From Gemmatimonadales bacterium (lineage in GTDB: Bacteria > Gemmatimonadota > Gemmatimonadetes > Gemmatimonadales > GWC2-71-9): 46,612 nt of DNA. Below are positions 26,869 to 35,124 of the stretch, piece by piece (the stretch's first letter is position 1; the number at the start of each line of letters is the position of its first letter). Below the pieces are notes generated by a model, which was not told the DNA's origin, made no database searches, and worked only from the letters and a program-made list of their open reading frames with translations. The DNA is taken from positions 1 to 46,612 of the forward strand of contig DATFMZ010000156.1 in assembly GCA_035266665.1 (NCBI GenBank). Reading direction: 5' to 3'. The position numbers were made by a program, and so were the translations under genes.

Positions 26869-28053
26869 GTGCCGGGGCGCCTCGAGGTGCTCGGCAAGCA
26901 CACCGACTATGCCGGCGGCCGCAGTCTCCTCGCCGTGATCGAGCGCGGCATCGCGGTCGCGGTGACGCCCCGGGAGGATGCGGTCGTCCGGGTCCGCGAC
27001 GTCGGTGAGATGCCGGGTGAGGTCGAGTTCCCCTTCTCCCCCGATCTCACTCCTGCGATAGGCGAATGGTCGAACTACCCGATGACGGTCGCGCGCCGCA
27101 TCGCGCGCAACTTCCCGGGTCCGCTCACCGGCGCCGAGATCGCCTTTGCGAGCGATCTGCCGAGCGCCGCCGGCCTCTCGAGCTCGAGCGCCCTGGTCGT
27201 CGCGATCTTCTGGGCACTCTCGGCCGTGAACGCGTTCCGCGAGCGGGCCGAGTATCGCGCGGCCATCATGAGCCCCGAAGATCTGGCGGGGTACCTCGGC
27301 GCGATCGAGAACGGGAGTGCATTCAAGTCGCTCGCCGGCGATCAGGGTGTCGGAACGGCGGGCGGGAGCGAGGACCACACCGCCATCCTCTGCGCGCGGC
27401 CCGATCAGTTGGTGGCATATTCGTTTGCACCGATCCGTTTCGAGCGCGTCGTTCCGGTGCCGGATGGCCACGTTTTCGCGATCGCGGTGAGCGGCGTCCG
27501 GGCACCCAAGACCGGGGCCGCGCGCGAGCGTTACAACCGTGCGTCGGCGCTGGCCGATGCGCTGCTGCGGGTCTGGCGTGCGGCGACCCATCGCGAGGAC
27601 GTCTCACTCGGGGCGGCGCTCGCCTCCGATCGCGGCGCCGCCGACACGTTGCGTGACGCGATTCGGCGGGGCGAGGTGCCAGAGGGGGTGGCCCGCGAGG
27701 AGCTGCTTCGGCGGCTCGACCATTTCGAATTGGAGAGCGTGCGATTGATCCCGAGCGCACTCGAGGCGCTCGCCGCGGGAGATCTCCAGGCGTTCGGAGA
27801 GATCGTGGATCGCTCGCAGCGTGGGGCGGAGGAGTTGCTCGGCAACCAGGTCCCGGAGACGGTCGATCTCCAGCGCCGCGCGCGAAGGCTCGGCGCCGTC
27901 GCGGCTTCGGCGTTCGGCGCGGGATTCGGGGGAAGCGTTTGGGCGCTCGTCGAGCGGGAGCGAGCGCGAGGCTTCGCCGAAGAATGGGTCGCAGGGCTGG
28001 GGCGGGCGAGCGCGTTCGTCACACGGGCGGGAGCTGGGCTTCAGGTCACGTAG
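26869..28053 (+). CDS. GHMP-family sugar kinase (galactokinase-like)
   Basis: Motifs are PGRLEVLGKHTDYAGG (galactokinase signature region), ASDLPSAAGLSSSSALVVA (GHMP motif II) and SAFGAGFGGSVWALV (motif III). The first canonical in-frame start is GTG 26869, but GalK-like sequence (ERLVARTDALRAAF) continues upstream to the preceding gene's stop at 26821, so the start is uncertain. Confidence 0.8.
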   Translation: MPGRLEVLGKHTDYAGGRSLLAVIERGIAVAVTPREDAVVRVRDVGEMPGEVEFPFSPDLTPAIGEWSNYPMTVARRIARNFPGPLTGAEIAFASDLPSAAGLSSSSALVVAIFWALSAVNAFRERAEYRAAIMSPEDLAGYLGAIENGSAFKSLAGDQGVGTAGGSEDHTAILCARPDQLVAYSFAPIRFERVVPVPDGHVFAIAVSGVRAPKTGAARERYNRASALADALLRVWRAATHREDVSLGAALASDRGAADTLRDAIRRGEVPEGVAREELLRRLDHFELESVRLIPSALEALAAGDLQAFGEIVDRSQRGAEELLGNQVPETVDLQRRARRLGAVAASAFGAGFGGSVWALVERERARGFAEEWVAGLGRASAFVTRAGAGLQVT

Positions 28054-28062
28054 TCGAGCGCC

Positions 28063-28704
28063 CTATTCAGCGCGGCTCCCCTTCCGCCGACGTCTCGTCT
28101 TCTCGCGCGTCCCGCACGTCGCCATATCGCACCAGCGCCTGAGCCCGTTCCTGCTGCGGTCGACATAAACCCATCCGCAATCCTTGCCGTCACACATCCG
28201 GATCCTGGTGGCCTCCTCGCTCGCGAGGAGGTCCGCCGCTTGGCGGATCACAGGCCAGAGAAACCAGCCGAGGTCGCCTTCCCGGCCGTCCCAGGTCCAT
28301 TCGGCCATCTCGCCACCGGGAGGCGCATCGAGCCGCAGATGGGTGAGCGCCTCGGCGAGTGCCGAGTTGAGCTCCTGCCACGCCGCCGGTTCATGCGCGC
28401 CGGCCGCGACGCTCCCGAAGACTCGGGAGAGGACCCACCGCAGCCGGCGTGCGCTCCCGAGCGCCCGCTCGGCGCGCCGCGGGTGCGCGCCGCCTTGGCG
28501 CCGCAGTCGTGTCCCTTCGCGTGCCGAGATCACTCCGGCGCCCTCCGCCCAACGGGTGAGACTCGCGAAGTCGGGAAGCCGGTCCTCCTCCAGCCCGCGA
28601 CGCGTCCAGTCCACGGTATTCACCAGATCGAGGCCCGGATCGCCGCCCACGTACTTGAAGGTCGTGTCGATCGACCAGGTCTGGGTTGGTGGGATCTTTG
28701 CCAT
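28063..28704 (-). CDS. CGNR zinc-finger (ABATE domain) putative regulator
   Basis: 213 aa. N-terminal ABATE-like LDLVNTVDW. C-terminal RIRMCDGKDCGWVYVDRSRNGLRRWCDMATCGTREKTRR is the zf-CGNR pattern. Confidence 0.85.
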   Translation of the reverse strand: MAKIPPTQTWSIDTTFKYVGGDPGLDLVNTVDWTRRGLEEDRLPDFASLTRWAEGAGVISAREGTRLRRQGGAHPRRAERALGSARRLRWVLSRVFGSVAAGAHEPAAWQELNSALAEALTHLRLDAPPGGEMAEWTWDGREGDLGWFLWPVIRQAADLLASEEATRIRMCDGKDCGWVYVDRSRNGLRRWCDMATCGTREKTRRRRKGSRAE

Positions 28705-28716
28705 GTCTGAAATATA

Positions 28717-28793
28717 GCACCGGTATTCAAGTCTTGACTGGTGCGGCTCCGTTCACTATCGTTGCACCGGTAATAATAATAATACCGGTGCAA
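28717..28793. promoter_or_regulatory. divergent promoter with a three-copy GCACCGGTA operator
   Basis: GCACCGGTA occurs at 28717-28725 and 28764-28772, with the inverted copy TACCGGTGC at 28783-28791. The last two copies form a perfect 11-bp inverted repeat, TTGCACCGGTA-N10(ATAATAATAA)-TACCGGTGCAA, at 28762-28793. A sigma70-like TTGACT-N17-TATCGT (28734-28762) abuts the palindrome and faces the plus-strand genes. Confidence 0.6.
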
Positions 28794-28803
28794 GGGGGTT
28801 GGC

Positions 28804-29124
28804 ATGATCGTACGGACCTGGAGGGGATTCACCAAGAGCGACGATGCGGAGACCTATCTCGAGTACTTGAGCCGGACGGGCGTTGCGGGTTTCCGGGCAA
28901 CACCGGGGAATCGGGGCGCCGCGATCTACCGGCGGATCGTGGACGGGCGGGCCGAATTCGTCGTCGTGTCGTTCTGGGACTCCGAAGACGTGATCCACGG
29001 GTTTGCGGGCGAAGATATCGGCCGCGCGGTGTTCTATCCCGAGGACGAGCGGTTTCTGGTCGAGCGCGACATGCACGTGGATCATTATGAGGTCGTGCTC
29101 GAGGAGGGTGCGGCGCGCGCATGA
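28804..29124 (+). CDS. ABM-like (dimeric alpha/beta-barrel, antibiotic-biosynthesis-monooxygenase fold) protein
   Basis: 106 aa. The pattern MIVRTWRG...EFVVVSFWDSEDVIHGFAGEDI is typical of ABM-domain proteins. This assignment is from memory. Confidence 0.55.
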   Translation: MIVRTWRGFTKSDDAETYLEYLSRTGVAGFRATPGNRGAAIYRRIVDGRAEFVVVSFWDSEDVIHGFAGEDIGRAVFYPEDERFLVERDMHVDHYEVVLEEGAARA

Positions 29125-30089
29125 GCGCCGGCCCGCCGCGCGCCCGTATCGTCGCGGCGTTCGCGGCCATCTACGTTTTCTGGAGCGGGTCGTTCCTCGC
29201 GATTCGCTGGGCGGTGGCGGACGTCCCGCCGTTGTTGCTCATCGGTCTCCGATGTCTGTGCGGCGCCGGCGTGCTGTTCGCCTGGCTCGGCTGGCGTGGA
29301 GCGCTCGAGCGGACGACACGGCGTACGTGGCTCACGGCGGCGATCGCGGGAACCGCGCTCTTCGTCGGATGCCACGCGGTGCTGGCATGGGCCGAGCAGC
29401 GTGTCCCATCCGGAGAGGCGGCGCTCTATATGACGACTATCCCGCTCTGGCTCGTCGTCCTCAATGCCGCGCATGAGCGGCGTTCGCCCGCGCTCCGCGT
29501 GGTCGGGGGAGTCGGGCTCGGTATCCTCGGGATCGTGGTGCTCACCGGCGGACGGGTGCACGGCGGCGCCTTCGTCAGCCGAGTGGCGCTCATCGGGGCG
29601 GGGTTCGCGTGGGCCGCGGGGTCGCTGGTCGGCCGGCATGGGGCGCGACCGGAGTCGACCGTGCAGTCCACGGCGATGCAGCTCCTGGCGGGCGGGATCG
29701 CCGTGCTCATTGGGAGCGCGTTGCGTGGCGAACCGACCGCCTGGTCACCCGCCATGCTGACGCCACGGAGCATTCTCGCGCTCGGCTATCTCATCGTCTG
29801 CGGCACCGTGCTCGCCTTCGGCGCCTATACCTGGCTGCTGCGCGTCAGTACGCCAGCCGCCGTCGGCAGCTACGCCTACGTGAACCCCGTGGGCGCCCTT
29901 CTGCTCGGATGGGTGGTGGGTGACGGACGCCCAACGCTTCGCACGTTGCTCGCGGCGCCGCTCGTGGTCGCCGCGGTGGTGATGAGCCGATCGCCGAGAG
30001 GTCCCTCCGCCAAAAACGTGACGTCACGCCGGAAAATGGTGCCGCGCCGCGAACGGGCACCCGCCATAGTGTCGCACCGAGCGCGGTGA
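29121..30089 (+). CDS. EamA/DMT-family transporter
   Basis: 322 aa with about 10 TM helices and two EamA-like halves (AAIYVFWSGSFLAIRWAV.., ..GYLIVCGTVLAFGAYTWLL). Its ATG overlaps the upstream stop (ATGA at 29121-29124). Confidence 0.85.
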   Translation: MSAGPPRARIVAAFAAIYVFWSGSFLAIRWAVADVPPLLLIGLRCLCGAGVLFAWLGWRGALERTTRRTWLTAAIAGTALFVGCHAVLAWAEQRVPSGEAALYMTTIPLWLVVLNAAHERRSPALRVVGGVGLGILGIVVLTGGRVHGGAFVSRVALIGAGFAWAAGSLVGRHGARPESTVQSTAMQLLAGGIAVLIGSALRGEPTAWSPAMLTPRSILALGYLIVCGTVLAFGAYTWLLRVSTPAAVGSYAYVNPVGALLLGWVVGDGRPTLRTLLAAPLVVAAVVMSRSPRGPSAKNVTSRRKMVPRRERAPAIVSHRAR

Positions 30090-30178
30090 TGCCCGCGGCT
30101 GAGGCCTGCCAACCGTCCCTCTCCCCCGGAGCCACGCCGCGACACAGTTGACCCTAGGCGGTGGTTTTGGAGGAGAAG

Positions 30179-31477
30179 ATGCAGCGAGTCATACTCTGGC
30201 GCCTCGCGGCAGCGGCCCTGGGCGTCACCCTCGCCGGCTGCGCCACCGAGCGTGTCTCTGCACCGGCCGATCACACGAGCGGGACGCTCGTGGCAAGCGC
30301 GGCCGGTGTGCAGGTTCCCGAGGCGGTGATGCGTGCACGGCTCGACCGAATCACCCGGCTCCTGGCCCGGGCACTCAAGGACTCGGCGCGACGCATGGCG
30401 GTTTTCAACGCGCTGCACGCGTCGCCCTATCCGGAGCACAAGCTCCACTTCCGAACATTCCTGGATGGGGCTGGCAGAGGTGCCCTCGCCAAGATGGCGG
30501 CACTCGAGGGTCGCGGCGCCACGGCTCATGACCTGATGACCGCCGTGGACAGCATCGAGGATCTCGAGTTCTACATGCCCGTGGAGCAGCATTTCACGGA
30601 GTGGACGGGCGATGCGCAGCTCATCGTCGCGAGCGCCCTGCACGATCACGAGATCCCCCACGCGTACGACCTCGACGGTCACGCGGTGCAGTTGGGCTCC
30701 GCCAATGTCGCACCCACCACGCCAACCCTGGCGGTGGTGCCCGTCGAAACCGATTTCAGCCTGCGCCCGAGCTTTCAGCAATGCCTGCCAGAGGTCTGCG
30801 GCTACGACGGCGGCGGAGGCGGTGGTGGGGGCAGATTCCTCCCGCCACCCCCCGCCCCGGGGGTGCGGATGACGTTCGCCGACATTCCGGGGAGCTACGA
30901 AGGCTTCCTGATGGGCAATCCGGAATTCGAGGTTCACGCCATCGGCCGCACGTCCGACAACGACGTGGCCATGCGGGATCTGCAGTGCGCGGGGGAGCAT
31001 GCCCAGACCGCCGACGCCCAACCCGGCGTGAAGTCCGCGGACTACGTCTATGACCAGAACGGTGAGCGGTGGACCGGCAACGTTCTCCTGTTCAGCAAGA
31101 CACAGGCGCAGAACGCTCAGGTGCTGGATACGAGCGTCGTCTACTGGGTGTGGGAGGACGACAACACCGCCTGCAAGATCGTCAAAGACTCCGTGGAGGT
31201 ACAGGCGCTGATCCGGGGCACCAAAGCGCTATTGGAGAACGGGAAGAACGCCATCGAGATGTTGCTCAATCCCACGTCGCTCGTGCCGAAGAGTCTCGTG
31301 CGCGCCATGGCCGGGGTCTTCGCCGCCTTCCAGAACGACGACGTCGTCGGATTCCTCGTCGCCGCCTCGGAGGTTGACGCCACGTGGTCCGACGCCAACT
31401 ATGCCATCGTACTGAAGAATCCCGCCACGGGAAAGCTCGAAGTCCGGGGAAGGGTGAAGCTCGTTGCGCAAGACTGA
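30179..31477 (+). CDS. hypothetical lipoprotein (unknown function)
   Basis: ATG 30179 is preceded by GGAGGAG. The lipobox is LGVTLAGC. A Gly8/Pro-rich linker (GGGGGGGGRFLPPPPAPG) separates two domains. No family was recognised. Confidence 0.65.
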   Translation: MQRVILWRLAAAALGVTLAGCATERVSAPADHTSGTLVASAAGVQVPEAVMRARLDRITRLLARALKDSARRMAVFNALHASPYPEHKLHFRTFLDGAGRGALAKMAALEGRGATAHDLMTAVDSIEDLEFYMPVEQHFTEWTGDAQLIVASALHDHEIPHAYDLDGHAVQLGSANVAPTTPTLAVVPVETDFSLRPSFQQCLPEVCGYDGGGGGGGGRFLPPPPAPGVRMTFADIPGSYEGFLMGNPEFEVHAIGRTSDNDVAMRDLQCAGEHAQTADAQPGVKSADYVYDQNGERWTGNVLLFSKTQAQNAQVLDTSVVYWVWEDDNTACKIVKDSVEVQALIRGTKALLENGKNAIEMLLNPTSLVPKSLVRAMAGVFAAFQNDDVVGFLVAASEVDATWSDANYAIVLKNPATGKLEVRGRVKLVAQD

Positions 31478-32510
31478 GGTGTGGGCGGCCGCGTGCGCGT
31501 CGGCGCGCGCGGCCGCGGCGGCGCTCATCGTGTTGCTGCTGCCGGCCGGGCGGTGCGTGCAGGCGCAGAGTCAGGGGCCAGCCATGGTCGCCCCCATGGG
31601 AGCAGCAGGGGTGGCCGTGATCGAGTTCGAGGTGTTGGGCGAGCACGCGTATCGCGGCTCGTTTCTCCGCGCGGGGGCCCAGATCGGCTGGCTCGCCGAC
31701 GTGGCCGTGCTTGGTGAGTACTGGCCCGACCTGGGTGGATATCGCGGGTACACCCTCGCCCTCGAAGGAACGGTCTATCCCATCGGCAAGCGGCGTGTCG
31801 CCCCGTACGTCACCGTGGATCTCGGGTACTTCCGGGCTGATCCCAAGATCGCCGGCCTCCTGTCTCCCATTCGAGGCGTCTTGCGCGCGCTCACCCTCGG
31901 CGTCCGCGGCCGCGTCGCGCGTGGCGTCGGCGTCGGCGTGGAAGCCAGCGCCCGCGTAGACGCCAACCACTTCGACGACGGCGTTCGCGCCTACGCGTTC
32001 TTCGCGCCTGCCGTGCGGGCACCCGCCGCCGGGCACCCTCCCAGCCACGTGTGGGTGCAAGTGGGCGGGATGTCGGTCATCGCCGGGCCGTGGCACCTGG
32101 TGGAGCCGGTCTATCAGGTCGGGTTCGAGACGCCGTTCGACTCCGCACGGGCACTCGGCATCGATCTCGCGCTACTGCACTGGAACATCCGCACTCCGTC
32201 GGTGCCGTTCGCGATCTGGGACACACGCGCCGTCTTGGCCGACGTGCTCTTGCGTTTGCGGCCGGGCGGGGCTGCGGGCGCGGTCTCCGTCGGAGCCGGT
32301 CCGCTCATCTCACTCATGCTCGAGGGGCCGGACGTCGGGCTCCGCCCGGGCGCCGCGGTGGCGTTCGACGTGCGGCCCCCGCTGGGCGCATTCGCGCCGA
32401 TCTTCAGCGTGAAGTACGTTTGGCTTCATCGCTCGGATGCCGCGGCCACGTCGGAGGTCTCCGGCGCGGATCAGCGCGGCGTCGTCATTGCGGGGGGGAT
32501 TGGTTTCTAG
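31464..32510 (+). CDS. hypothetical secreted protein, possibly an outer-membrane beta-barrel
   Basis: Signal-like N-terminus (AAAAALIVLLLPAGRCVQAQ), alternating hydrophobic pattern, and a C-terminal ...VIAGGIGF with terminal Phe. The start is TTG 31464 or GTG 31479. The composition is also compatible with a GC artefact, so confidence is moderate. Confidence 0.5.
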   Translation: MRKTEVWAAACASARAAAAALIVLLLPAGRCVQAQSQGPAMVAPMGAAGVAVIEFEVLGEHAYRGSFLRAGAQIGWLADVAVLGEYWPDLGGYRGYTLALEGTVYPIGKRRVAPYVTVDLGYFRADPKIAGLLSPIRGVLRALTLGVRGRVARGVGVGVEASARVDANHFDDGVRAYAFFAPAVRAPAAGHPPSHVWVQVGGMSVIAGPWHLVEPVYQVGFETPFDSARALGIDLALLHWNIRTPSVPFAIWDTRAVLADVLLRLRPGGAAGAVSVGAGPLISLMLEGPDVGLRPGAAVAFDVRPPLGAFAPIFSVKYVWLHRSDAAATSEVSGADQRGVVIAGGIGF

Positions 32511-32548
32511 TCACCCTTCCCAAGTCTTTACCCGGTGAGGAGCGTGCA

Positions 32549-32974
32549 ATGCGTACGCGGAACGTGGTGGGCCTGCTCGTCGTCTTCCTCGCGACCATCT
32601 CCTGTTATCACGCCACCATCGAAACGGCCGCCGCGCCGTCCACGGTCGTGATCGAAAAGCCATTCGCGTCGAGCTGGATCTACGGACTGGTGCCGCCGAG
32701 CACGGTGGAGACGGCGGCCAAGTGCCCGGGCGGCGTGGCCAAAGTGGAGACGCAGCAGAGCTTCGTGAACGGGCTCGTCGCGTTCCTGACCATCGGCATC
32801 TACACGCCGATGTCCATTCGCGTGACGTGCGCCGCACGGGGAGCCGCCGCGCGCGCCACGCCGGTGTCACCCGCGGACTCCGCAGCGGCACCATCTCGTG
32901 TCATCGAGCAGATCCAGGCGGCGGCGGAGCGCGCCGTGGAGCAGGGCAGTCCGGTCTACGTCGAGTTGCGCTGA
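32549..32974 (+). CDS. Bor-family lipoprotein with a C-terminal extension
   Basis: ATG 32549 follows GAGGAG. The lipobox is FLATISC. KCPGGVAKVETQQSFVNGLVAFLTIGIYTPMSIRVTCA closely parallels phage lambda Bor (..KICGGAENVVKTETQQTFVNGLLGFITLGIYTPLEARVYC). Confidence 0.8.
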   Translation: MRTRNVVGLLVVFLATISCYHATIETAAAPSTVVIEKPFASSWIYGLVPPSTVETAAKCPGGVAKVETQQSFVNGLVAFLTIGIYTPMSIRVTCAARGAAARATPVSPADSAAAPSRVIEQIQAAAERAVEQGSPVYVELR

Positions 32975-32984
32975 ACGGGGGCGC

Positions 32985-35018
32985 TCAGGCGCCGGCGCTC
33001 GTCGCCTCCAGCGTCAGCACCTCGAACGGCTCGAGCTGGAATGCGTGCGGCGTTCCGGCCCGAAGCCGGAGCGACATCGCCATCGGCCGGGGGCCCCCCG
33101 GCCTCGCGCGCCACGGCGGTGACGCGCTGAACGTCTGGGGCGTGCCCTCCGGCAGCTCGAACGTCCGGCCCACATCCACGTCGATCTTCTGCGGCTTGTC
33201 GCTCGGGTTCCTGAGCACCAGGATCCCTTTGGCCGTGGACCATGACGCCCACCCGTACGGCTCGAGTTGTACGGGGTCGCCTCCCACCCAGTGCGTATCC
33301 ACGAGCGTCCCGGCGTTGTCCGCGGACCAACGTGCCGCCTGCGCGAGATCGTCCCAGTTCTGATCGCTCAGGAGCGACGGCGTGATGTACATCTCCTGCA
33401 GCTGGGTGCCGGTTCCAAAGTACGAGCGCACTTCGTTCCGGAAGTCGTTGTGGGGATCGCTGTCCAGTCTGTTGGCATGCTGAGCATAGATGAGCCCGTG
33501 GAGCATGAGGGAGTTCAGCGGATACAGCGGCCCCTTCTTCACGATCCCCGCGTACGTGTCGCCGTCGCGATAGGTGATCCACTGCTCGCGCGCTGGCCCC
33601 ACGCCGGCGAACGAGTGATCGTCTCCGCCCCGCCAGATCGAGTCGCAATACCTGAGCCAGAACGGTGACGGATACGTGCCGGTGGTGAGATTCACGTAGA
33701 GATCGGGCTCGACGTCCCGCAGATCGCCGATCAAGGAGATCATCGCGTCGAAGTCGCTATCGAACTTGCTGCCGGGATAGACGTGCGAGGCGTTGCCCGT
33801 GCCGTCGAACTTGAACTGGTTCACGCCGTACTGCTTGATGAAGTTCACGCACGTGTCGTGAAACAGCTTGTAGTACTTGGGGCCCGAGAGGACGAAGCCA
33901 CCCTCATTGGTTTCGTAGCCCTGCTTCTTGCCGTACTCGATTCGCTCCTGCCTCGGCTTCCCGTAGCCGCCCCAGGGCGAGAGCCAGACGCCGGGCGCTG
34001 CGCCGTATTGGGCCGCCGCTTTTCGCACGTTGGTGAATCCGTCGGGGAATCCGGAGTTGAAGTGCCAGAGCGTCTTGGAATCGTCCCAACCGTCGTCGAA
34101 CAGGAACGACTTGAGCGTGACCCCGCGCTTCACATGGAGCTGATCGCCGAAGGCGTGAATGCGATCGAGCGCCCCCGCTTCGTCGTACTTGTTGAAGTAG
34201 CCCAGATCGTACCATGAGTTGTAATGCAGGAAGGTGCGATACGGGTGGGCCCGTTCGCGCTCCAGGTACGCCAGGAAATCGCGACGGAGCTGGCCCGTGG
34301 CCGTGGTACCGATCACCGACGATACGGTGAACGAGGTGCCCGGCCGGAGCGGGAGCGCGCGCGGCAAGACGCCTGTGGCATGCGTGCCGTCCACCTCATG
34401 CAGTGAGAGCGGATGCTCGAAGCCGAAGTAGAGGTTCCCCGCCACCACGGGTGAGCCCTTTACCTCGCCGACGACCTCCGCACCCTGCGCCGCGATGTCC
34501 ACGAGCACGATCTCACTCACCGGGACCGGTGCGTACGTGGGCCGGAGTGTGATCTCCTGCCGGAGATAATGCGATCCGTGCCGGCCGATGGCGCGCCACG
34601 TGGCACGGAGTCCGGTCTTCGGATCTTCGAGCTCGAGGCGCACCGCCGTGCCTTCGAGGCGGCTCGCGTAGCGCGCGGCATGACCCTCGGCGTGCAGCAT
34701 TTCGTTCTTGGGCCCGCTGGTCACCCGCATCCCCGACGCACGGATGGCGCCTCCGTCCTGGAGCTTCAGGACGAACGCATCCGCCGCCGGTGTCATCGCG
34801 CGGTTGCCGATCCGGTCAGCGATGTTCCCCACACGGAATGACCCGCCCGCCACCGTCCATTCGGCGGCGATGCCGTCGGTGGTGAGCGAGAACGTGTCGC
34901 CGTCCAGACGGAATCGTGCGAGCGACGGGAACGCCGCGAGTCCGCCGACGATGGCGGCGCCGCGCTCGAGGAAGTCGCGGCGGGTGAGCGATCGGGAGGA
35001 AGACTGGGGTATGGTCAT
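32985..35018 (-). CDS. Tat-exported clan GH-D (GH27/36-like) alpha-galactosidase-like glycoside hydrolase
   Basis: The start is ATG 35018, giving MTIPQSSSRSLTRRDFLERGAAIVGGLAAF (twin-arginine signal). Motifs are FLFDDGWDD, GVNQFKFDGTG (compare G-DYLKYDNC) and SIWRGGDDH. The track ORF start at 35291 is an extension. Confidence 0.75.
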   Translation of the reverse strand: MTIPQSSSRSLTRRDFLERGAAIVGGLAAFPSLARFRLDGDTFSLTTDGIAAEWTVAGGSFRVGNIADRIGNRAMTPAADAFVLKLQDGGAIRASGMRVTSGPKNEMLHAEGHAARYASRLEGTAVRLELEDPKTGLRATWRAIGRHGSHYLRQEITLRPTYAPVPVSEIVLVDIAAQGAEVVGEVKGSPVVAGNLYFGFEHPLSLHEVDGTHATGVLPRALPLRPGTSFTVSSVIGTTATGQLRRDFLAYLERERAHPYRTFLHYNSWYDLGYFNKYDEAGALDRIHAFGDQLHVKRGVTLKSFLFDDGWDDSKTLWHFNSGFPDGFTNVRKAAAQYGAAPGVWLSPWGGYGKPRQERIEYGKKQGYETNEGGFVLSGPKYYKLFHDTCVNFIKQYGVNQFKFDGTGNASHVYPGSKFDSDFDAMISLIGDLRDVEPDLYVNLTTGTYPSPFWLRYCDSIWRGGDDHSFAGVGPAREQWITYRDGDTYAGIVKKGPLYPLNSLMLHGLIYAQHANRLDSDPHNDFRNEVRSYFGTGTQLQEMYITPSLLSDQNWDDLAQAARWSADNAGTLVDTHWVGGDPVQLEPYGWASWSTAKGILVLRNPSDKPQKIDVDVGRTFELPEGTPQTFSASPPWRARPGGPRPMAMSLRLRAGTPHAFQLEPFEVLTLEATSAGA

Positions 35019-35124
35019 GGCGATGACATCGGTGTGATGGTTGGTCCGGAGTATCGCCCGAGTCGAGGCATCGAGGCAAGCGCGGCGCTGGCCGCTCGCT
35101 CCAAAGGGGAATACCTTTGTCGGC

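Noticed and set aside
32549-32974. Bor-like gene as a marker of a prophage or island
   Set aside because: No integrase, phage structural or lysis genes, tRNA target or flanking direct repeats are visible. The composition matches the surrounding DNA.
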